A stretch of DNA of 57,029 nucleotides, counting the filler, from Catajapyx aquilonaris (lineage: Eukaryota): assembly GCA_000934665.2 (NCBI GenBank). It is 2 parts of 2 records of this genome, joined end to end, with 100 filler letters (N's around TTAATTAATTAA, not from the genome) between each part and the next. Parts side by side here need not be neighbours in the genome. Positions count along the whole stretch, not along the records: positions 28,569 to 57,029 come from KZ539248.1; 1 more part is not named here. The stretch is one strand, 5' to 3'. The translations under genes were made by a program, and so were the position numbers. Under the pieces are notes generated by a model. The model ran no database searches. It was not told the DNA's origin and was given only the letters and a program-made list of their open reading frames with translations. Within the stretch, counting starts at the first letter, position 1; each line of letters starts with the position of its first letter. Positions 39,498 through 50,300 of this stretch are shown in pieces.

Positions 39498-39935
39498 TAT
39501 TTGCAACTGTAAATTCTGTATCACCAATCACACAACAGAATTTACATTAAAAAAAACATATGCAGTAAGAAAATTTATTCACATTTCACAGCTTATGGCT
39601 ATCATACAAACATATCAAAATAAGTATTGAATATTATGTCAACTGAACTGCAATAGCAGCAAGGCACCTTTGTTACAAAAAAAGAACAGTAAGGAAATAA
39701 TGTGCTTGGAACACCTGATCCTCATATTCTCCTTCAAGTCTCATGGCCCTCTGTGGTTGAAACCTAATTCCAATTGTCATGATTATTACATCATTGGCAG
39801 CTGTCAAAAGTTGTGACGAGAGTGACACATTCTATAGAACTAGTACAATGTTGCAAGTGCAACACCCAGCTCAGAACAATGTGGCAGTTAATAGTCTACA
39901 TTTGTTATGCAACTTGAACTCCCAAAAATGCAATA

Positions 39936-41935
39936 CAGTAAAACCTTGCATATTCAAACCCAAGTTCTCTCAAAAGCATAAAGAATACTCCACTGGCAGT
40001 GCCTTGCAAAGCCCATCCTGACATCACATGCATGGCCCACCACCTCAGATTCCTGCTGAAGGAAGGTGGTCAGTCTTTCAGGGTGTTAGGTCCCCCTCAA
40101 CTGCGCAGTTGCAGAAAAGAACAATATATTTAAAACTAAAAGTAGTCCCACTGAGTCCATTTTTGGGTGGACAATGCTTATGGGGTTTGGGGGAAGCCCT
40201 CTATCCTGAAATAGGAAGGACAAGGCCTGTATTCTTGCAGGATTTTTTTCACACAGGGCAAAAATGCTTGCATGGAATTTTTTCCCCTAATTATTGCAAC
40301 TTTTTATACTTAAAACATTTGCTTTCATTTCTAGTGATACGAAAGTGAAAAAGCTATACAGAACCCGCAGTACTTTGTAGAGAAACACGTGAGTTTCACC
40401 AACAATTCCTGTTGCAGTACTAGTACTGTTAATGAGAAAATATCCCATTATGCATAATTGGAGACTTTCTCCTTAATTTGCATTGATACAACTCGCCCTT
40501 AGGCTGGTTACACACAAAAGACATTCGGTACCACTCGGGACGGTAACATTTCTGCACAGGGTTGAAATACAAGGGTGCAGATAGATGGGCAAACGTGAGA
40601 CACTGCAAAAGCAGTTCAAAAAATGTCAATGTGTTGTGTAAGGTTGTGCCACTTTGTGTTCACAGCCAGTTCTGTTTGTGAATGCACCAGCATTAAAATC
40701 CAAGGGATTGATTGATTTGACTTTTAATGGCGCAAAAGCGGCATTGGCTATACTGCGCCAAACACGTTTCGTTGTAGGAGAGGGCAGGCGATGCCACCCC
40801 ACCCCAACATAGGCTCTTTAAGGGGGCACTACAGTAATCGACCTTCAAAAAATCAATCGTCTTTTCCTGCGTTGAACACGGCAAACAGCGTCCCGAAATT
40901 CAAACAATTGGCACGTCGGGAGCCGATGCTTGGCAACCTTGCCTGGCAACGACCTTAGGAATCTTTGAACTTTAAACAAGTTTTTCTCAGTTTGCCGGAT
41001 TTGGACCGTCACCATCGCCCAGGCCACAAAAATTTATCTACGGACTTCCCGCTTCACCAGATTTATCCTCAAACATGGCGCTATCGTTCGGCCTAAAAGA
41101 ATTAGCCTGCTAGAACTACTTCTATTTTTTACTTTCATTAAATGTTTTCTCAAAACTGCTTAATTTTGTAGTTATCTTTCTGAAATCTTCAAAAAAATAC
41201 TAAAACGATTTCAAAAATTATAATTCTACGTCAAACGAAAACTACATGCTCAAGGAAGCCTGAGGTCCAATCTGACGGTTGTAGGTTGACCCCAGCGTCC
41301 TAAATCGTGGTTAGTGGCGTGATGTCACAACGCCCTGGAGCCCCTTCGACACGCGAACGTGATTTGATTATAGGCGCTAATAGGTCTTTGACTTATGTAC
41401 ATTCATGAAAATGAAGTCCCAACTTCTTGTCTCTAATGGGGGTTGTTTTTTTTGGCAAAACCCTTGATTTTGACTGTAGTGCCCCCTTAAGGCAACTGCA
41501 GTACATATAATGAGAGCTACCTGCATACACATATTATTGATACTGAACCAATTACAGTAGAACTCCCATGATCCGTCACCCATGGGACTGGGGCATTGTC
41601 AGATGACAGATATTGTACAATATTACACTTTTCTAAGAAATAGTGAAGTATTTATCTTTTACGCACATACTCTGCTGTTTAAAATTTAACTAAAGTAATA
41701 CAAAACATATGATGTCATGCTGACCTACTAAACATAAGGCCTGCATGACAGAATTTGATGAGAAAACATACATTTATTGCTGGAGTGGGACGGTCGGATA
41801 AATGGGGTTCTACTGTTATGGACTTTCATGTTCTCGAAACAATATAATTATGTAGGAATAGTATGACAATACCCCTGTTAACTTACATGACAATTTCTTG
41901 GATCCCTAGACAGCTGGGCAAACAAGGTTTTACTG
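39936..41935. mobile_element. pogo/Tigger-like element hosting nested MITEs
   Basis: TA|CAGTAAAACCTTG...CAAGGTTTTACTG|TA. Encloses the Kolobok-like element and a smaller CAGTAGAAC...GTTCTACTG element at 41555-41815. Confidence 0.6.
40822..41486. mobile_element. Kolobok-like non-autonomous DNA transposon
   Basis: TTAA|GGGGGCACTACAGT...ACTGTAGTGCCCCC|TTAA. A TTAA TSD with RR...YY termini is the Kolobok pattern. Confidence 0.8.
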
Positions 41936-42539
41936 TATTCAAGTGAATTAAGATCTACTACACAGTGGTTAAGGTATGGATTAGAGCTAAAGTGATGCAC
42001 TTGCATCTTAAAACAGTTGCATAGAAAGTATCTCAACTATTGAAATACTCTTATGTAAACAGACACAAACAGGATGAGTTATCAGAATGTCAGGAAGTGA
42101 AGGTTTATATTGAAGGGTGCACCAGCAAATCATATCCACTTCTGAATCTTCAGAGGAAACATTTCCAGTGCATAATGCCTTTTGTGTGTAAGAAATGACA
42201 TTTTCCACTGAAGATATTTCACAAATATATGACTTCATACATGCACAACTACTTGCTAAAAAATTCATATTCCAGCTAAAGGATCCTAGCAAATAAGAAG
42301 GAAATCCATAGGATCGCAGATTTGGCTGTGGGTACTCATGTTTTTGACCAAAAGGTGCATAATACTGTAGTATGAATGAGAGAAGTGAAAGCCATGGATT
42401 TTTGTCATAATGTTAGTTCTGAACTTGCTGCCACTGTAAGTGGAATGACCTATCCTATTCACTAAGGTTCGTAGTGCTAGATATTTAAACGAGATTGGCA
42501 AATCACGTGGTGTGATTCGAGTGGACTTTTTCTCATTGG

Positions 42540-45134
42540 TTGCAAATGTGCTGTAGTGATGCAGAGCTAATGTGTACCTATATCTGGAGGCAACTGGCAT
42601 GCAATACTTTTGTGCCACTCATCGTAACGCATTGTGCACTAAATTCATTACACGTCGTAACTAATAGCTTTGAAAGAAATGACAAGTTTGTCGCAGCTCT
42701 GTTCGGATGTCCGCCACACTATCTGTAGCTGTATTTTGCGTGCACATGTGGCATAGGACTATCAGTCTCGGCCATGTCAGCCATTTTGGAAATGGGGAGA
42801 AGAAGAAAGGGATCGGGGATGAAGGTAGGGAGCATGGGAGCTGAGGGAGAGAAAGCTGGATGAGGTTACAACATACCCATGTTACTACTTATGAGAAAGA
42901 TCTTGAAGAAAGTCTTGACGACATGTTGTAGGGTTACGAGGTATTTTTTAAATTTATTTATTATTTATTTTACTCCATTGGGGGGGGGGGNNNNNNNNNN
43001 NNAGGAGAGGAGGGGGGGGGGGAAAGGAAGGAAACGCCTGTGGCCTATTATATGGAAGCGACCCCGGAATTATCCTGGGGGGACTATGGAAAACCACAGA
43101 AAAACTCGGTCAGGATTGCCGGCCCTGGGAATCGAACCCAGGATCTCCCTATTAGCAGTCAGACTCCTTAACCACTACAGCAACCTGCTTCGGTGAGTTA
43201 CGAGGTATTAAGCCTACAACAAATTGTTTTGTATTGAGTATCTCTTAATAATCTCAGAGGTTGATGAATCCAGCCCCTGAATAATTGCAGTTCCACCTTA
43301 CAGAAATTGATTATTGCTGCACACTTTTTTGTATACAATAGTGATATCTCCTAAAATGGTGTAATACAATAAGAAACCGCCTCATTTTAATTGAATGTCA
43401 GTTTCAGTGAACTACCACATGTGCAACTAAAATTTGGTGCTACTCACTGTTCCTAAAATAATTAAAATGAAAATTCCTGCACGCTATAATTGTATCCTAT
43501 AGCTATTGTAAGTTGAAAAACTACAAATTCTTGAATTTTAAACCCATGGAGTTCTGCTGATATTTGAGTATCTTGAAACACTGATTTTCACTTTTTCTCT
43601 TCACACCATTATGCATTGCTCGAAAAAAAAAAAAAAAAATTATGAGTGCCCAGAGCAAAATAGGTGACGTGCAGGTACCCTACATTTATTTGCCATAATC
43701 CTGTAGGATTTACCCTGGATAAATTCTTCTTGGCACACTCATCAATTACTGACAATCTTGGAATAGCAACATGCATGCAGTCATAGATTAAAGGGATGCT
43801 GTAGTTGATTTTCAAGCAGACCTCTATAAGTCAGGCATACGAAGACCTCGGGGAAAGAAAGATCATGGTCCACTTTTCAAAAATGAGTTACATATCTCAT
43901 AAGATACTCTCCCTAGTGTAGAATAGGATGGTTTGGTCATGGTTATGGAGTAATTATCATAGGTCTCTATGGAAGGCCCCGAAAGTGGGATTTACAATGG
44001 AACCTTACGGACTTTCGAAATTTAAAATTGGGTTATCTCAGTTTCACCTGAGGTGGACCTTGGTCGTTTTTCTCCGGAGGTCTTCATATAATCTTTATTC
44101 CAACAGTGCAACCTGATTTTATCAAAATTGAGTAGGAAACACTGGGTAAGGGATCCAAGTCAGCAAGGAAGCACTGACTTCTTCTCATGCACATGATCAG
44201 AGTAGCATTCCACTCATTATTGTGGCTTCACAATCTTCACATTGGTCTGCAGGAATTTGAGAAGGTCTGGATGTGGCTTACCCTTTACTCATAAGTCTAC
44301 ATCAGGAGAGATTCCTGGTAGGATGTACCATATTAATCCAGAACATTAATCTTTTCTGCCAGTACCCATGTGGTGGCACCACTATTTAGCAAACAGCATT
44401 TCCTGGCCACCTTAAACATCTTGCCCTGGGCTCACTGTTACATTCCGATAAAAACAGATTGCACCACAGAATAAAGATTTCTTGTCTGAATTGTAGAGAT
44501 CAACTTATTGACTCCAGTGTCTCTTTAAGTTCCTGTCCAAGGAAACCCATAAGTTTCAGCAACAAATGCTATCCAAAATAAATGAAATGACTATTCTCAC
44601 TAGATACAGGTTAAGCGTAAATCTACATTCAGTCGAGCTGCTTGGGCCACTGACTTGCATGTCACTAGGAAGTGCTTGTGGACTAGACTGTCATGTGTGC
44701 ATTGCAGTTTTAAAAGTCCTTCTGGAATGCTTGGCAGCTACATTTGTTCGTGTAGCTTTGTCATCTGGTCCCATCACCAAGGCACATTTTATTTCACACT
44801 GGACTACTGCAGCATCACAAACATGTGCTGCAAGTCCATGTTCATTAGCACACTATTCGCATAATCATTAACATTGACTGGACCCTACTTTACACTTATG
44901 AGTAGCTGTGCAGGCAGCACTTTAAATTCCTGTGAAGGCAGTGAAGCTGATAAGTAAACTCAGGCTTTGAGATTAGCTGCTTGCAAATGTGCTGCAGTGA
45001 TGACTAAAATGCAGAGCTAATGTGTACCTTTTATCTGGAGGCAACTGAGATGCAATACTTTTGTGCCACTCATCATAACGCATTGTGCACTAAATTCATT
45101 ACACATCATAACTAATAGCTTTGAAAGAAATGAC
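42540..45134 (+). repeat. Dispersed direct repeat of about 145-155 bp (42540-42683 and 44981-45134)
   Basis: TTGCAAATGTGCTG...CAGAGCTAATGTGTACC...TAATAGCTTTGAAAGAAATGAC present twice with few substitutions and indels. Confidence 0.85.
42946..43193 (-). mobile_element. tRNA-derived SINE, family A (third copy)
   Basis: 13-bp TSD GTTACGAGGTATT at 42933-42945 and 43197-43209, A-rich tail, A/B boxes, small N gap inside. Confidence 0.85.
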
Positions 45135-45296
45135 TATGGCACACAACTTATATACTACCCCAGCATTCAATCCGTTGCACAAAAGTTGCAATTATATCAA
45201 AATAAATTTGTTCTTCAAGTATATGTACACATGCTTGTGCATATTGCCTGCTGATATTATCAGCACCGCTCTGCTTAAAACTTTGGCTCTGCATAA

Positions 45297-47223
45297 AGGT
45301 GCATTCACATATACGCGACTAAACAGAAAAACGAGCTAATTTCTGTTTTCAGTGAATTCCCTTCTGACAAAAGGCATTCACGTATCGGCAAATCCCATCA
45401 AGACACAGGGCGATTCCAGGACAGTTCATGCAAAATAAAATGGAAAGTTCGCCCTCTATTTTTTAATGTTAATGAAATTTGGTACGATAATTCTCCGACA
45501 GGAATAGAGCACATATCAAATTTTTTTACATAAATACGTTCATTAGGTCGCACGTAATTAAATGGGCAAAAAACCCGTAAAAGTTGCAAACACGTCGACA
45601 AATGACCATATATCTCGTTAACTGCGTAGCCCACCGTTACATGTGATGTATGTACGTGTTGGGCAAGATGAAAGGATTTCGATCATTGAATTTTCAAATT
45701 TTTTGAATCGAAATGACGGCATGTTATGTAGAGTTCAAAGTTTAAAAACTAAATATTCGCTATCGCGACGCCTCCTTCGGCTTTTAAAAAATATGTCCCG
45801 TAATACGTACTGGATTCTTCATTTTTCGCCCATTTTTCGCCGATTTTTCCAGAGTGGGCCCTCCATTAGTTCCGGCGTAATAAATTAAACAGATCGGTAA
45901 TCGGAAGGGTATAGCGTGAGTGACGTCACGCCTGGGGATGGAGGGATGCAGGGGTGGCATTACGGTGCTTTTTGGTTGCCGGTTGACCTTGAAGAGTACG
46001 CATTATGAACTTCTAATACCCTTCAATCAGTCTGCAAACCCTTAAAAAGGCACCTGTTATTGCCCTGGAAAATAATGTTACGCGCTAGGCAGGCAGCCTC
46101 CGTCCAAAAAGCACCGTAAGGCCACCCCTGCATCCCTCCATTGCCAGGCGTGACGTCACTCATGCTATACCCTTCCGATTACTGATCTGTTTAATTTATT
46201 ACGCCGGAACTAATGGAGGGCCCACTCCGGAAAAATGGGCGAAAAATGGGCGAAAAATGAAGAATCCAGTACGTATTACGGGACATATTTTTTAAAAGCC
46301 GAAGGAGGCGTCGCGATAGCGAATATTTAGTTTTTAAACTTTGAACTCTACATAACATGCCGTCATTTCGATTCAAAAAATTTGAAAATTCAATGATCGA
46401 AATCCTTTCATCTTGCCCAACACGTACATACATCACATGTAACGGTGGGCTACGCAGTTAACGAGATATAGGGTCATTTGTCGACGTGTTTGCAACTTTT
46501 ACGGGTTTTTGCCCATTTAATTACGTGCGACCTAATGAACGTATTTATGTAAAAAAATTTGATATGTGCTCTATTCCTGTTGGAGAATTATCGTACCAAA
46601 TTTCATTAACATTAAAAAATAGAGGGTGAAGTCCTTTGCATGATCTCTCATGGAATTGCCCCACAAGCAATTTTTGGTTGTGCGACTAAACCCAAAATCG
46701 CGCTCGTCTGTCAGAGCCAGATAGAAGTGAATATTTGTACGCCATTTAACAAAGAGAATTTTCGAGCTGGTTTGAGCCACCTAGTGCCGCCACGCAGACG
46801 TTTCGGCCTTCCGCAGCCATGTTGGGAATGCGGATGCCTGAGCTCTTAAGTTACCTAATTTTTTTGTCGCAAACTCCCGAGCCGACCAGCCTCTGCACCA
46901 TGTCCAGCTCCTGCCCCACTTGGTGCATTGTGATCTGGATGCCCTTCAGAGGTCGGTTCAGCAACATTTAATCTGCCACGCCGGCCTCCACAGCACAGGG
47001 CTCCACCATCTTTCTCAGCCCAAGACCTCCCTCTGCCCACCCCGGCCGACCATAACCCAACCTGCACTAACAAGTAAGTTTTATAGCATCACGGATACGT
47101 GAATGCCCTGAAATTTTCTGTCTGCGGCCGAAAAATTCACTCATTTCGTGACGTAAAAGACGTGAAATAGCACAAAGTAATAATAGCTCAAATGTGTTTA
47201 GTCACGTATATGTGAACGGGGCT
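45297..47223. mobile_element. Harbinger-like MITE (outer layer of a nested insertion)
   Basis: TAA flanks. TIR core TTCACATATACG(C/T)GACTAAACA at both ends. A second inverted pair GGCATTCACGTATC lies at 45373 and 47094-47107. Confidence 0.75.
45408..46661. mobile_element. Foldback DNA transposon (Sola2-like) with about 570-bp inverted arms
   Basis: Arms at about 45408-45975 and 46104-46661 are near-identical reverse complements with a roughly 130-bp spacer. GGG...CCC ends and a 4-bp TSD CACA. The superfamily call is inferred from the termini. Confidence 0.8.
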
Positions 47224-47326
47224 TAAAGCATTCCTGAGATCTAGGAAGCTTGAAGATTCAGGATCTCATCTGCAGGAAAAATGTCACATTTTATATAGTT
47301 ACAGGGCCAGTGTATTTAGTTAATCC

Positions 47327-50300
47327 TCACCTTATGAGACGACCGGTGGACTTGTTGACCCCTCTAATTTCCGACTTGAGGTCCACTGCTCTCGAACTCC
47401 ACACAGTCTTGTGGCAGTAATCCAAATGTAATGTATCACAAGGGTCTTCACTTTTCATATCATTATTTGCTACCAAACAAGTATCTTCAATGGTGTAAAA
47501 CCTATCAAAAAAACACTCATATAAATAATTAAGCATGAACACACCTACATTCAAACTCACCTTCCTGTAAGGCTGTCAATCCATTCCCACAAATCAGGGC
47601 CAAATCGACGAGCGTTTAATAAAGCTTTCCGCATCAAGGTACTCCTCTCTGCTGCCACTTCTGCCAGCTTTTCATATTCGCTTACATCTTGGGTGCTGTA
47701 AGGTTGGCCTGGTCCACTATGAATAAACCTAGGGGTAAAAAATTGTGATGATGGTGTTGGGGGCCAGTACTAGCTTCTACAATAACTCTCACGCAGTCTG
47801 TTGCTCCGAAATTTCTACTCCAGAGATAAACTGCAATGGTGTGATGAGAAAGTCAGTCTGGGCAGCAACAGTCCCATTGTAGACTAGTTTCACAGACCAG
47901 CGCCCAGGGCGGAGTGGTTGCTTAAACACAGGTTTCATGAAATGCACCTGGAAAGATCTAGCATGAGAGAGTTTCCACTTCCACAATATAGAAACAAGGT
48001 CACTCAGATGAAAGTGAGCCAATCGACAGAATGCTTAATACAGGGTGGGCGGAAAGTAACTCCCTATTAGAAACATGTAATAACTTTGTCAAAGATTGCT
48101 CGATTTTCATGAAACAAGTTTTAGCTTGTAACTTGCAATGGGAGAAATTATACGCCTGCCCACCAGATGGCAGAATCAGTCATGCAAGTAGTCAAAATGG
48201 CTTAGCGTACGTGAGAGTTGCTCTCTCCCCTTCGTGGCCCCTTCCTCCTTCAAAATACCATGAATGGAGTGCTGTATCTTTCCATGCTGCAAGGTCAGGT
48301 ATGGCTGATCATCATACAATGGAATAACTTCTACTATAGCTTTATGCAAGATGATGCACCCCCACATTTCGTATTGACTTTTCATGAGCAGCTAGACAAA
48401 CAATGTGGTCAGAAATAATGGCCGGCACGAAGTCCTGACCTTACACACGACGACTTTTTTTTGTGAGGTACAGCCAAAGAGGAGGTGTACTGCACCAAAC
48501 CACAAAATTTGGATCAACTTGAGGAGCGTATTCGAGATGTTCTGGGCGAAGTCCCACACGACCCCACAGGATTACATACATACGATAAGTCTGTCGCAGG
48601 CATTCCGAATCGCCTACAGAAATTGACGGAAAACTATGGTTCCTATGTGGAATTTTAAGTTTGAAGACAAATTTTCACATTGCAAGTTACAAAATAAAAC
48701 GTGTTTCATGAAAATCAAGCAATATGGGGAGGTGTAGATGGCCGAGATGGTAACGTCTCAGCTTGCTGAGTGAAAGGCCCCAGGTTCGATCCCCGCCTGG
48801 GGAACTTTCCATTCACCTGCGTCAGGAGGGTCTCTGACCTGCACCAAGGAGGTGTCTGGCAACCTAACCTCCTGGGGAACAGCACAAGACCTCTTTACCG
48901 ACATTGCACTTGCACCTATGTTCCCTCCCCAAAAATCCCTTTGTCACAAAAACCTTCCTAAAAAGAAGAAGAAAATTTTAGTCGCCATTCTGTGGCTGAA
49001 AAGAATTCGTAACGAAGAATAGGTCCCACCTGGAGCCGCTCAGGCTCCACCTACGTAGTAAAGGGTGCTGTCGTTTTCCCTGTCTCCGTGGAGAGCATCT
49101 GAATAGGGAAAACGACAGCACCCTTTACTACGTAGGTGGAGCCTGAGCGGCTCCAGCTGGGACCTGTTCCTTGTTACGAATTTTTTTCTGTCGGAATATG
49201 CTGACTCAGCATGTAATTTTTACGTTTTCGGAAGCCTAATTATCTGAACTGCACTTTCTGTATGTGAAAAGTCCAATATAACAATTGAGCTGATAAGCAG
49301 AGATTTAAATATACCATTGGAGCCGCTCAGGCTCCACCTACGCAGTTAAAGGTGTTTCGGCCACCTACGTAGTTAAGGGTTAATGACTCGCAGGGAGTGG
49401 CATCGTGCCCAGAATAGCTTGAAGTATTACGTAGATTACCAATTTTTGTTCTAAAATTCCAAAATCCCAGGCATGGTGACACCGGAAGTAGACCTAGTTT
49501 TATATGTGCCTCTGCTCTGCCAGGTGGTCAGCGGTGAGGACTAATAATCAGCATTTAGGTTTTGCTTCCATTTAAAGAAAACAGCCACAGAGGTGTAAGA
49601 CATGCTAAGACTATCAACAGCAGATACCGGTCACCTTGTTTGGCCACAAGATGTTGCAACTCTTCGCAAACCTCCACCCTCATCTGCCTCTCCTCTGGAG
49701 TCAACAAGCCTGGGACCCATCATATCGGGTGCAAACCGCATCTCATGTGCAAATGGTCGATGCAAAATCGCATGGGCACTACCACTGGAGGTACCACACA
49801 TTCTGGCAAGATCATCGACTTTTATGCAGCAAACTTCCCGGGCAATCACTACACAGGTGGTGTTAATGATCTCCTCTGTCAGAACTCCCGAGGACAGTAT
49901 GCAAACCTGTCTCTTTGAAGGCTAAATACCAACCCTTGCTGAATGCCTTGTGCCATCAGAATGCTGTGGGACACTGCTTCACCATATGCCTCTCTTAGGA
50001 TGTCATACGCCTCTGTGGCTGTTGTCTTCAAACACATGCAAAACCTCAGCACTGAATCTGGCTCCTCACCACCAACCTTTTGGCAGAGCCGAGGCATATA
50101 TAAAACTAGGTCTACTTCCAGTGTCACCATTGCCTGGGATTCTGGCATATTATAACAAAAATTGGTGTTCTAATATTTCACGCCATTCTGGACACAATTC
50201 CACTCACAGCAAGTAACCAATTAATTCTCTTTACACATAATAAATCAGTCTCAATTTGTCTTGACTGGCCCTTGTATAAACAACAACAAAAAATCCACAC

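Noticed and set aside
40429..40629. 66-aa minus-strand ORF as an extra oxt exon or small gene
   Set aside because: It overlaps a probable decayed MITE, has no ATG start, and oxt already has its expected C-terminus.
45643..46436. Pair of near-identical 81-aa ORFs on opposite strands
   Set aside because: A by-product of the foldback arms, with GTG starts and no recognisable domain.
35975..48805. tRNA genes at about 36000, 37280, 43150 and 48740
   Set aside because: Acceptor stems are not convincing and each continues into a SINE body, two with TSDs and A-rich tails.
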